A DNA stretch of 64,000 nt from Euryarchaeota archaeon UBA557 (GTDB lineage: Archaea > Thermoplasmatota > Poseidoniia > Poseidoniales > Thalassarchaeaceae): positions 9,049-73,048 of the forward strand of contig DARI01000009.1 of NCBI GenBank assembly GCA_002503285.1. Reading direction: 5' to 3'. Position 1 is the stretch's first letter; the number at the start of each line of letters is the position of its first letter. The notes below the pieces were generated by a model. That model was not told the origin of the DNA. It saw only the letters and a program-made list of their open reading frames with translations, and searched no databases. Positions 26,101 to 33,076 of this stretch are shown in pieces. The translations under genes were made by a program, and so were the position numbers.

Positions 26101-28195
26101 CGATTTAGGTGGAGAAGTTTCTGTTATTCTTGAAGGAATAGATTTCGAAGATAGGGTTCATAGACAGATTGTAGAAAAATTATGTCCAAATGCCGGTTCA
26201 ATAAATCACAAAATTGTATTAAATCCACAATTATTACGTGATGATCCATTTTCTTTCCTTCCAGATGGATTTGGTCCAGTGAATGTAATTCTTAGATTTG
26301 AAGAAAATTTACCACATGAAGGATGTGAGCCGATAGTTGCAGAGATGTTAACCATATCAGGAGCATGGGACCCGTGTGTTTTAGTAACTAACAACGATCA
26401 TTTTAGAAAAGTAATGCAATTTCAAGTAGACGGCTTTAGTTTAATTGGTAGAACTGCATTAGATGTCGATGATCAAATTGTTTATACTTCTGAAATAGAT
26501 CCAAACACTGGAATTGCAGTTGAAAAACCAATGATAGTAACTGGGCAATTGACAGATGAATTAGGCGGACTACTCGACAATAGGGCAATTAGAGTTACTT
26601 ATGAGATGGATAATTCAGATAAGGGAATTGTTTCATGTATTCCTGGAATCACCGATTCTACAGGTAATTTTTCTATTATTTGTCCAATCTCAGGCGTTCA
26701 AGCCGGACAAGCAAAGGTAAGGGTTGAGTTTAATTCGTATGAAAATAATGATAGATATAGGTATGAAAATCAATCAGTAACTAGATTCTTCCCTGTATTT
26801 TCAAATTCATCTCTGAGTATCTCAGAAATAGGTCCTTTTAGGTCTGATTTTACGCAATATGAATTTTCTAATGGATCAAAATTTGACGTCTTGTACCTAA
26901 AAGAAGCATTCCATCTTGATGCTACATTAATTCAAACGAATGGAAATCCTATAGGTGGGAAATGTTTGAACATATATTTAGATCCACAAACAAATACTAG
27001 ACCTATGGCAACAATAGTCACAGAAGATGGTACTGGAGAAGTTTCTTGGTACTCAGGAGACCCAGATGACAATCCTAGCAGAAGAGGTGTTGAACCTAAT
27101 GGAAATCAATTGGAAGGATTCCGTACAATTAGGGTTGCATATGAACCAGATAAAGAAATTCCGGGAGGATGTAGGGCAGAATCTAATCCTGTTGTAAATA
27201 GCTCTTATGTGGATGTAGAAGTTTTAGTTCGTAGTAGAGTAGATATTTTACTCAAAGAACATTGGTCTAATCCCCAAGGATATCAAGAAGGAGATGTGAT
27301 ATCGGGAGCAGTTGCAATTCTTAGAGATCGCTTAGACATTACAGTTGAAGGTGAGCAAGTTGTATTTACAATACAATACTGGAATGGTTCCGGTTGGGAA
27401 ACCCATGATGTTGAGTATCTAATAACCAATGAACAAGGTGTTGCTAATTTCAGCTTTATATACACTGCTGAAGAAATACCAGGAGAGTTAGAAAAGACCG
27501 CAGAAGATGGAAAATGGAGAGTTTTAGTACAATTCCAAGAATCAGCCTTCTTTGAAGGAGAATATCTCAATAACACTCCCGTAATTGCCCTTGGAGGTGA
27601 TACGAATGTTGGTAAACAAAGTTTCTTCACCTCTCAAATATTAATCATCAGTGCAATTTCTATATCTATAGCTGCACTAGTTGGAGCAGTAATGTATCAG
27701 AATTATCGTGAAAGGCGTAAAATAGAAGTTATAAGAGGCATATTGACGGATTCCTTAATGGCTCTAAAAGCATCAAATAACTATATTGAAGCAATCTTTG
27801 ACTGTTATAAGAATCTAATAAAATTCTTTAGGTCTAAAGGTGCTATGAAGAAAGTATTTGAAACAACTCGTGAATTTGAGGACGTTATTAGTAATATGCT
27901 AACAGGAGTAATACCTCCAGAAGAAATGAATGTATTTTTCTCAATATTTGAAGAAGCAAGGTATTCTGATCATGAAATAGGGTCAGATCAAAGAGATCGC
28001 GCCATACAAGTTTTACAACAAATGATTACTCGTATTACAAATGCATTGGGAGAAAATATGTTAAATCGTAGCTCTGTTAATGAATCAGGATTATATGGTG
28101 CTGCAATAAAAGCTGGAGAGTTTATTGACTCGGATGGAAACGTCAGAGTTGCTGGTGCGGAAGATGAATCTGATAACAATGATTTTAGAATATAA
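20156..28195 (+). CDS. giant (2679 aa) acidic cell-surface protein with Asp-rich Ca-binding-type repeats, beta-sandwich-like region, C-terminal TM and cytoplasmic tail
   Basis: Single uninterrupted ORF. N-terminal hydrophobic segment. Many 'D.D.DG..D..D' units. C-terminal TM 'ILIISAISISIAALVGAVMY' followed by a basic stretch. Confidence 0.9.
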   Translation: MVVVRTRTSNKITNAGKKQTISALVLVSIMIFSTQMYTFQNFDSETNLSDSEKLPNKTIIQQSQLPSDEPNGQENQPFEFNPFDHAIFNDPTYHDPASYYGKISDLSALSAYPGYEFYLEETNTDDHDNDGIDDLNDLDDDNDGLNDLIERFDGCYGTDPFDHDNDGIQDELDWDDDNDGILEGPIDYTQGNDPRNVSSDRYLSSSVIHPWTGSAVGIGYLVDQNPFDHDNDGVPDEDIDGSGKGTYDEDDDNDARLDQFTWPCDFDGDGIQDYFDIDDDGDGVIDLWDEHPWDNTKTANITNTAELWVEAEIWASSLQYDISMTALGLSDSEITIEVGDTIRWTNDHTDDHSVRADDGSFDSGTLIAGGTFSHTFADEGSFTYTDTISQLESYSGTVTVRGDEGRPLPDVFNINAEVYGSETFDFVKKESSIWHPRDQSFSSIIDGDLDNDGLPNFIDPDNDNDGFPDSSDTDDDNDGLLDMYDVDDDNDGILDTCVQLDTNKDGNPDYPNLQPIGIPGIDCELDYDRDADDDIYRAIDSDYDLVWDWKDTDLGAAFPADNLLGNPGVDVTDLPYDLDNDGTPNEYDSFMNATDEEVLSWNCPSLENPNPQSSDDNCIFMRKSYTGNNDWDGDGFNNWIDVDDDNDGVLDWLDIDENCDLDDDNDLHLLNGSRYRDDGPNSIDTDIDGDGISNDEDWDDDNDGISDFYDPDDGNCGIVDNDASDNFYGNSYTHSDGDIIDGSADSQIYTGTGTLLWDMFWHFSPFIDGTQGFVLPYNGYETGTEEDSLTIVQQGVIPEIYWNIMMKWSPWNGNNYFDIDMDGDSLINGIDVDMDGDGMPDWWDQDEGNDGVLDVNDPAFGGSLDDSECGISLAFAVGQASGPIACGLSYAWMYGYPLLAATQSNGNTYTLPYSSRPDALYDDGEYDGSNSQGNNQCSDNCWWFTFDPGSNPTPTAAVTYDDIRNNRDLYIAYVGLNKGLFQWTADSNANLFPDEVADLLNDDVDPDNDCAAPIIGNLNPQCMSNDTTDLDDDFDGVYDHWDIDDDNDGLWDYFEVDTDDDWDDDDETNDGIYYFIGSNCVDADDDGLDTDPDADGWYQAVWDQGVLGQSLLFPEYYDVDNDNDGVPDGEDPDDDNNGILDVDQEVIAPQCFTGEEQSVWDHDNDGIQDWADDDWDADGINNTVELNSPNGLVSAFDHDNDGLRDDVDEDDDQDGMKDVDEVLLWPTRFGVESTNPWDHDDFGNGSGIANPLDPFTGPDSIDQDDDADNRSDIDFDQIEEDFGSSDWDSNNNGILDADDKIPSRITLNAPSILWLDAFNPAIFSGQVNLLADNGTFVPTENIPVQVHIVWTRNGTTALETVDVLTGSDGKYLVGQFLFPEDISVGPNSTYHVYAEVTEMFIHDSAVTESIPVEVRANTTSGYSAGTQFRSDEMPLKISLKTHYSADYDRGIFDNRISNAPFSFTVSDSKNLFGNVTHPTEFDGYGYGYRAGKDGWANLRFNQSNGNTGTWEQVQYNSALDNGEGTLAGGWEEILWNNFTKNHDVIKSPYVEIPTNVPTGDYFFVGTVNPSLGYDWPWPYLESSDTDSFTIRSMKRMFIESQLITPSDRPVYFYDSTQFTGSSFGAWRALFHAPSLASSGLDFTDISVGKSYPILWDGQAASLGTIAGGVLLDNNNQPFTSVNYLENNPHVPDGYYWSTRLQNGASFDVPPCGAVDPSDPESQVRCEIVPEMFTGEDWYVEGTVWNRTFAPWANDPLALQVDHDRNQVFAGSGETRRVARPNMVDGEAKFEFNDTWYSQFPAGTFGIKTSFTNSDYYFTGNQTQILAPVGSFGNISVIGTTDFQLTATPRLYRGQNATIEARLIDNAFQPVREVPVNYTWSADGSSDVVITDNNGVFKVNLTIDEGHQLGNFTLSYTYLGDSIREGNSAEINLWVVSRTFINLQSTTPNLLSSGDIWEFTAQVTDDNRTAFDKDLGQALSGCGDLGGEVSVILEGIDFEDRVHRQIVEKLCPNAGSINHKIVLNPQLLRDDPFSFLPDGFGPVNVILRFEENLPHEGCEPIVAEMLTISGAWDPCVLVTNNDHFRKVMQFQVDGFSLIGRTALDVDDQIVYTSEIDPNTGIAVEKPMIVTGQLTDELGGLLDNRAIRVTYEMDNSDKGIVSCIPGITDSTGNFSIICPISGVQAGQAKVRVEFNSYENNDRYRYENQSVTRFFPVFSNSSLSISEIGPFRSDFTQYEFSNGSKFDVLYLKEAFHLDATLIQTNGNPIGGKCLNIYLDPQTNTRPMATIVTEDGTGEVSWYSGDPDDNPSRRGVEPNGNQLEGFRTIRVAYEPDKEIPGGCRAESNPVVNSSYVDVEVLVRSRVDILLKEHWSNPQGYQEGDVISGAVAILRDRLDITVEGEQVVFTIQYWNGSGWETHDVEYLITNEQGVANFSFIYTAEEIPGELEKTAEDGKWRVLVQFQESAFFEGEYLNNTPVIALGGDTNVGKQSFFTSQILIISAISISIAALVGAVMYQNYRERRKIEVIRGILTDSLMALKASNNYIEAIFDCYKNLIKFFRSKGAMKKVFETTREFEDVISNMLTGVIPPEEMNVFFSIFEEARYSDHEIGSDQRDRAIQVLQQMITRITNALGENMLNRSSVNESGLYGAAIKAGEFIDSDGNVRVAGAEDESDNNDFRI
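20527..24055 (+). repeat. intragenic array of thrombospondin-type-3-like Asp-rich repeats (GAT/GAC-rich DNA)
   Basis: Recurrent 'DHDNDG', 'DDDNDG' (at least seven copies by my reading) and 'DxDGDG' units. The recurring 'gatgatgataatgatgg'-type DNA generates spurious His/Ile/Ser-rich ORFs in other frames. Confidence 0.85.
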
Positions 28196-28317
28196 TGAAC
28201 ACGTTAATCACACTCTTTTAAGTGATATTTTAACTTATTTTCATTATTGAGACTCCCGTAGCATTGATAACACAACCTAAAGTGGCGGCGATACCCAACA
28301 AATGTCGAGGGAGTCAT

Positions 28318-28683
28318 ATGAGTAAAAATAACAGAAAGACCAATCAGTCCCTTATCACTTTAATCAGTGATTTGAAGGACCAGAGCAGGTCATCTGGCTC
28401 AGCACTGTGGCGAGACGTCGCTCTGAGGCTTGAAACAAGCCGAAGTAATTGGGCCCAACCAAACCTAAGTCGCTTATCGCGATATGCTAAGGATGAAGAA
28501 ATGATTCTTGTTCCTGGTAAATTGCTAGGCAGTGGAGATATCTTTGGAAAGGCCAACGTCGCAGCTTTCAGTGTTAGTTCCAGTGCCCGCTCTAAGATAG
28601 AAGCCGCAGGGGGTCGTGTAATGACGATCCGCGAATTGATGAATGAAAACCCAAATGGAAAAGGAGTGAGAATACTTGGATGA
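28318..28683 (+). CDS. rpl18e: 50S ribosomal protein L18e
   Basis: 'LISDLKDQSRSSGSALWRDVALRL...PNLSRLSRY...ILVPGKLLGSG' L18e/L15-fold pattern. ATG at 28318 preferred over the upstream TTG. Confidence 0.88.
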   Translation: MSKNNRKTNQSLITLISDLKDQSRSSGSALWRDVALRLETSRSNWAQPNLSRLSRYAKDEEMILVPGKLLGSGDIFGKANVAAFSVSSSARSKIEAAGGRVMTIRELMNENPNGKGVRILG

Positions 28684-29167
28684 ATCAACAACTTTTGTTT
28701 ATGATGCCAAGGACAAAGTCCTTGGACGTCTTGCTAGTAAAGTTGCAAAGCAACTACTATCCGCAAGAAAATCTGGTGCACCAAACAAAGTGATTATAGT
28801 AAATGCTGAGGAAGCAATAGTTTCAGGTCCACGAAGGGCTATATTAGCAGATTATGATTTCAAATATAAATTAAATCATCCGAGAAAAGGACCTTTCTTT
28901 CCAAGAATGCCTGATCAAATACTAAAGCGTACAGTACGTGGTATGCTACCATATCAAAAAAATAGTAGTGGAAGAAATGCTCTTCGTGATCTTAGAGTTA
29001 TGATTGGATTTCCAGCTAATCTTTCTGGAGATAAATTACCAGAAGGGCATGAATGGGGAGATACAACTCAATTAGACAGGCCTCTCCCTTTGAAATATAT
29101 CCGATTAGGTGAAATAAGTTCTTCGCTAGGAGTCGATGCGAGTAGATGGAACAGGGGTGACAATTAA
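28676..29167 (+). CDS. rpl13: 50S ribosomal protein L13
   Basis: 'DAKDKVLGRLASKVAKQLL' and 'MLPYQKNSSGRNALRDLRV'. TTG start 7 nt after 'GGAGTGA'. Overlaps the end of rpl18e. Confidence 0.9.
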   Translation: MDESTTFVYDAKDKVLGRLASKVAKQLLSARKSGAPNKVIIVNAEEAIVSGPRRAILADYDFKYKLNHPRKGPFFPRMPDQILKRTVRGMLPYQKNSSGRNALRDLRVMIGFPANLSGDKLPEGHEWGDTTQLDRPLPLKYIRLGEISSSLGVDASRWNRGDN

Positions 29168-29610
29168 TGGCTGCAAAAAAATCACGCAAAATAGCAAATG
29201 TTACTACTAGTGGTAAGAGAAAAACATCTATCGCTAGAGCTGTAGTAAAGAAAGGACAGGGACGCGTTCGTGTTAACGGACAACCTCTGCACATTATGGA
29301 GCCAACCTTAGCTCGTAGAAAAGCGCTAGAACCTGTTCAAATTGCTGATGCAATGGACCGTCTTTCAAAAGTTGATGTCGTAGTAGACGTTCATGGAGGA
29401 GGGCAAATGGGCCAAGTAGACGCAATCAGAACAGCCATTGCACGCGGTTTAGTAAAATGGAACGGCGGAGCAGAAGGCGATGATGAAGAGCTCAGAGATG
29501 AATATATTCGTTTTGATCGTACATTACTTGTTAATGATCCACGAAGAAAGGAAGCCAAGCATCAAATGGGACGTGGTGCCCGTAAGAAATGGCAGAAGTC
29601 GTATAGATGA
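29167..29610 (+). CDS. rps9: 30S ribosomal protein S9
   Basis: 'GKRKTSIARAVVKKGQGRVRVNG', 'GGGQMGQVDAIRTAIARGL' and the C-terminal 'KKWQKSYR'. Confidence 0.95.
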   Translation: MAAKKSRKIANVTTSGKRKTSIARAVVKKGQGRVRVNGQPLHIMEPTLARRKALEPVQIADAMDRLSKVDVVVDVHGGGQMGQVDAIRTAIARGLVKWNGGAEGDDEELRDEYIRFDRTLLVNDPRRKEAKHQMGRGARKKWQKSYR

Positions 29611-29621
29611 GGTGAAGAAGT

Positions 29622-29831
29622 ATGTTAATTCCAGTTAGATGTTGGAGCTGTGGTAAAGTCATAGCTCAAGTATATGCAAAATATAAAGACGCTTTAGATA
29701 ATGAAGGAGATACTAGCAAAGTATTGGATGATGCAGGTATTAGAAGATACTGTTGTCGAAGGATGTTTGTTGGACACATTGATTTAATTGATGAAGTAGC
29801 TCCTTTCAGTATTGCACGTGAAGAACTTTGA
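29622..29831 (+). CDS. rpo10: DNA-directed RNA polymerase subunit N (Rpo10)
   Basis: 'MLIPVRCWSCGKVIA' ... 'RYCCRRMFVGHIDL' zinc-binding pattern. 69 aa. Confidence 0.92.
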   Translation: MLIPVRCWSCGKVIAQVYAKYKDALDNEGDTSKVLDDAGIRRYCCRRMFVGHIDLIDEVAPFSIAREEL

Positions 29832-29884
29832 TTTTCCGGCAATATTTTGAATACGAGCTATTTCGTTATTAAAAAACCATATGG

Positions 29885-29962
29885 GGGCTTGTAGGTTAGC
29901 TTGGCCAATACTTCGCGGCTGGGGGTCGCGAGACCCAGGTTCAAATCCTGGCAGGCCCACCA
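29885..29962 (+). tRNA. tRNA-Pro (GGG), CCA encoded
   Basis: Acceptor GGGCTTG/CAGGCCC. Anticodon arm CGCGG-CTGGGGG-TCGCG (U33, G37). T arm CCAGG-TTCAAAT-CCTGG. The D stem is imperfect. Confidence 0.85.
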
Positions 29963-30063
29963 TTAATTTACTTCAATTTCAATAGGATGATTCAAATTCA
30001 GGAACCTAGTCTATTTTAGCATAGAAAGAGAGGATTGAAGGGCATCACCTCTCCTCCCTAATT

Positions 30064-32214
30064 ATGGTTGAACAGAGTCCACTAGGCGGACCCTCATCAG
30101 CTCGAATTATCGAATTAGTAGATCTCATATCACACCATTCAGACCTATACTACAATAAGGCAGAGCCAGAGCTTTCCGATGCTGAATTTGATATTTTATG
30201 GAATGAATTACAACAACTATCTCCAAATAATCCTCAGCTTCAAAGAGTGGGCTCAGATCCTCCTCCAGGATCAATAAAAGTTAATCACCTATTTCCAATG
30301 CTTAGTCTCGATAAAGCATCTAAAAACGAAGAAGTAACTCATTATATTTCTCAAACTACTGCAAATGGCCGTAGGTTTGTTTGCCAACCCAAACTCGATG
30401 GTTCTGCTTTATCGTTGGAATACAGAAGAGGTAGACTTGTTCGAGCGGCAACCAGGGGAAGTGGAATACGAGGTGAAGACATTACTGCTAATGCACGTAG
30501 GATATCTAACGTTCCTGAATCAATAAAATGGCCTGGAGATTGTCACATTCGAGGCGAAGTTGTCATGCCTTTGGAAATATTTCGGAAAAAATATTCAAAA
30601 ATAGCTCCAAATCCAAGAAATTTAGCAGCAGGATCTTTGCGGCAAAAAACTATTGAATCAGGAAAAGGGAAACCTGAAGATTTAATTTTTTTAGCGTATA
30701 GTGCGGAATTTCCTAGTAGGGAACATCGACATCCAGATAGTCCAAAACCTCCTAAATTTATATATGATTCTGAAATAATTAATTGGCTAATTAGTATCGG
30801 AATTGAAGTAGCAGGAAAACATTTAGCCCAAGGCTTGGATGATGAATCAACGGCTAGTGCAGTAATGTCTGCAATTAAATATTGGACAGATAAGAGGATT
30901 GAGGCAGATTGGGAAATAGATGGAATTGTCATTAAATTAGATAGATTGGATAAAAGAGAACTATTGGGAATGACCGCCCATCATCCAAGGTGGGCGCTTG
31001 CATGGAAATTCCCTCCCGAAGAAGCAATAACTGTTCTAATGGACGTGGAGTGGCAAGTAGGAAGAACTGGTAACGTTACTCCTGTTTCAAGGGTCGCACC
31101 AGTAGTAGTTTCAGGAGTAACTGTAGAGAATACGACCTTACATAACCGGGGAGAGGTAATACGTCTTGGCATCAAAATAGGAGATAGAATACGTATTGTA
31201 AGGCGCGGGGACGTTATTCCAAAAATTATTGAAGTTTTAGGCCGTGCAACAACTTCAGATATATTAAATCGCAATCATGCAGATGGAACCCCATTTAATG
31301 AAAATCTGCCAAACAGTATTAAAATTAAAATCCCAAGTCATTGCCCTCGTTGCGATAGTAAATTACTGGAAGATGGTGCATTTATCCGTTGTGAAAGTCT
31401 CTCCTGCCCTTCAAGATTAGAACGTACAATCCTATATTGGTGTAGATATTTAGAAATGGATGGAATAGGTGAAAAGCTTGTAGAACAGTTATGTTCCTGT
31501 AACTTAGTCTCCAACCTAGCAGATCTATATCGATTAGATATCTCAGATTTAGTAACATTAGAACGAATGGCAACTAAATCAGCAAATAATGTGATTGAAG
31601 AGATCGAAAAAAGTAAATCTATGACTTTAGTACAATTTCTTTCTGCCCTTGGATTACCGCGAATTGGACCCGAGATAGCAGCATTAATAGCATCTAAAGT
31701 AAAATCTTTCGAAAAATTAATTAATTTAGTTAAAATTAAAGATGAAAATCCAATAAAGGATACTGATGGAAATATTCCAAAGCTGAATCATGCGTTAACT
31801 ACATTAGTTTCAATAGATGGAATTGGAGAAATTGTTGCAAAATTAATTTTAGATGGATTAGCAATAAGAATGAATATTGTCTTAGATTTAAAAGAGCACT
31901 TGAATATATCAGAAGAAGTAGAAACTTCAATATCTGGTAAATTAATTGGAAAGACGTTTTGTATAACTGGAACCTTGAGCAGGCCAAGAAAAGAAATAGT
32001 ACTTTCAATTAAATCTGAAGGAGGCAAAGTTCAGACATCAATATCAGGGAATTTAGATTATTTATTGGCAGGTGAATCTGCTGGTTCTAAATTAGATAAG
32101 GCAAATCGTTTAGGAGTTCAAATAATATCAGAAGAACAACTATCGTCACTAATTGGTTTAGAGATTCTGCAGACTCTACCTAATGAGGGACAAACTACCC
32201 TCGGTGATTTCTAA
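30064..32214 (+). CDS. ligA: NAD+-dependent DNA ligase (bacterial LigA type)
   Basis: Ia domain 'YYNKAEPELSDAEFDILW'. Adenylation site 'CQPKLDGSALSLEY'. Four-Cys zinc finger 'CPRCDSKL...CESLSCPSRL'. HhH region. C-terminal BRCT 'GKTFCITGTL...YLLAGESAGSKLDKANRLGVQII'. Confidence 0.93.
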   Translation: MVEQSPLGGPSSARIIELVDLISHHSDLYYNKAEPELSDAEFDILWNELQQLSPNNPQLQRVGSDPPPGSIKVNHLFPMLSLDKASKNEEVTHYISQTTANGRRFVCQPKLDGSALSLEYRRGRLVRAATRGSGIRGEDITANARRISNVPESIKWPGDCHIRGEVVMPLEIFRKKYSKIAPNPRNLAAGSLRQKTIESGKGKPEDLIFLAYSAEFPSREHRHPDSPKPPKFIYDSEIINWLISIGIEVAGKHLAQGLDDESTASAVMSAIKYWTDKRIEADWEIDGIVIKLDRLDKRELLGMTAHHPRWALAWKFPPEEAITVLMDVEWQVGRTGNVTPVSRVAPVVVSGVTVENTTLHNRGEVIRLGIKIGDRIRIVRRGDVIPKIIEVLGRATTSDILNRNHADGTPFNENLPNSIKIKIPSHCPRCDSKLLEDGAFIRCESLSCPSRLERTILYWCRYLEMDGIGEKLVEQLCSCNLVSNLADLYRLDISDLVTLERMATKSANNVIEEIEKSKSMTLVQFLSALGLPRIGPEIAALIASKVKSFEKLINLVKIKDENPIKDTDGNIPKLNHALTTLVSIDGIGEIVAKLILDGLAIRMNIVLDLKEHLNISEEVETSISGKLIGKTFCITGTLSRPRKEIVLSIKSEGGKVQTSISGNLDYLLAGESAGSKLDKANRLGVQIISEEQLSSLIGLEILQTLPNEGQTTLGDF

Positions 32215-32218
32215 AATC

Positions 32219-33076
32219 TTAACCAAACATTGATTCCGGCCCATTATGATCATCTATTGATGAATTTAGATTTACTGCCATCATATCTCGTATTTGTTTC
32301 TCTATTCTTTTAGCTTCTTCAAGTAATGGCTCAGGATCAAGGTGAATGGCTGGCAATAAACCATCTAGGCACTCAATTATTCTAGCTGCAGCCCTTGCAT
32401 CAGGAAATGGCTGGCCTTTCATTGGTCCACCATTAGATTCAGCAAGAATGGCAAGTGAATCTATGCCCCTACGCCTACTTTCTCCAAGCATAACTCCAGT
32501 CATTCCACCAACTAAGCCATGCTTAAGGAGAGGTAACCCAATATCCTTTAACATTTTAATTGCAGAATCGGTAGATCCTATTCCAAGCATAGTGGTATCT
32601 ATGTTATCATCATCTAATATTGTATGCCCTTCTGAATCACCTTTAGTAAACGAATCAATCATTATTGATATTCCCGACTTAGAATCTACTGTCCAATCAA
32701 TCAGACTACGGGCAAGACTCATTTTTATTTGATTTTCAATCTTAACTTCAGATATAATTAGTATTATTTTATCGCACTTATCTAATTTACAAATTGGTTC
32801 ACCAGTATAAAATCTCAGAGGTGGGAGAGGTTTACCATCTTGCACTAAACACATTGGAGGAAGTTTTGAATGATTCACGCCTCCAACTAATCGCAACTCC
32901 AGTTTATCAATCAGGTAGTGAGCTACAATGCTACTTACAAATCCTACTGATGGAAAACAATTGATCACTAAAGCCCCTGCAGCATTAACATCATCATCAA
33001 CTTCCACTATCGGCGCGTCTTTCATATTTCTTAATGAAACTAAATCACTGTTAACCGTTGCCTCCTCTGGTGCCAT
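32219..33076 (-). CDS. PAC2-family protein (proteasome assembly chaperone PbaA/PbaB-like), paralog 1
   Basis: 'LVINCFPSVGFVSSIVAHYLIDKLELRLVGGV' and 'PLRFY' are PAC2-type N-terminal blocks. ATG at 33076 preferred over the GTG at 33082. Confidence 0.7.
   Translation of the reverse strand: MAPEEATVNSDLVSLRNMKDAPIVEVDDDVNAAGALVINCFPSVGFVSSIVAHYLIDKLELRLVGGVNHSKLPPMCLVQDGKPLPPLRFYTGEPICKLDKCDKIILIISEVKIENQIKMSLARSLIDWTVDSKSGISIMIDSFTKGDSEGHTILDDDNIDTTMLGIGSTDSAIKMLKDIGLPLLKHGLVGGMTGVMLGESRRRGIDSLAILAESNGGPMKGQPFPDARAAARIIECLDGLLPAIHLDPEPLLEEAKRIEKQIRDMMAVNLNSSIDDHNGPESMFG

Noticed and set aside
28344-28691. 115-aa ORF on the minus strand
   Set aside because: It is antisense to ribosomal protein L18e, and its translation has no features.
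32346-32732. 128-aa ORF on the plus strand
   Set aside because: It is antisense to the PAC2-family gene. It is a Ser/Pro/Ile-rich shadow ORF.
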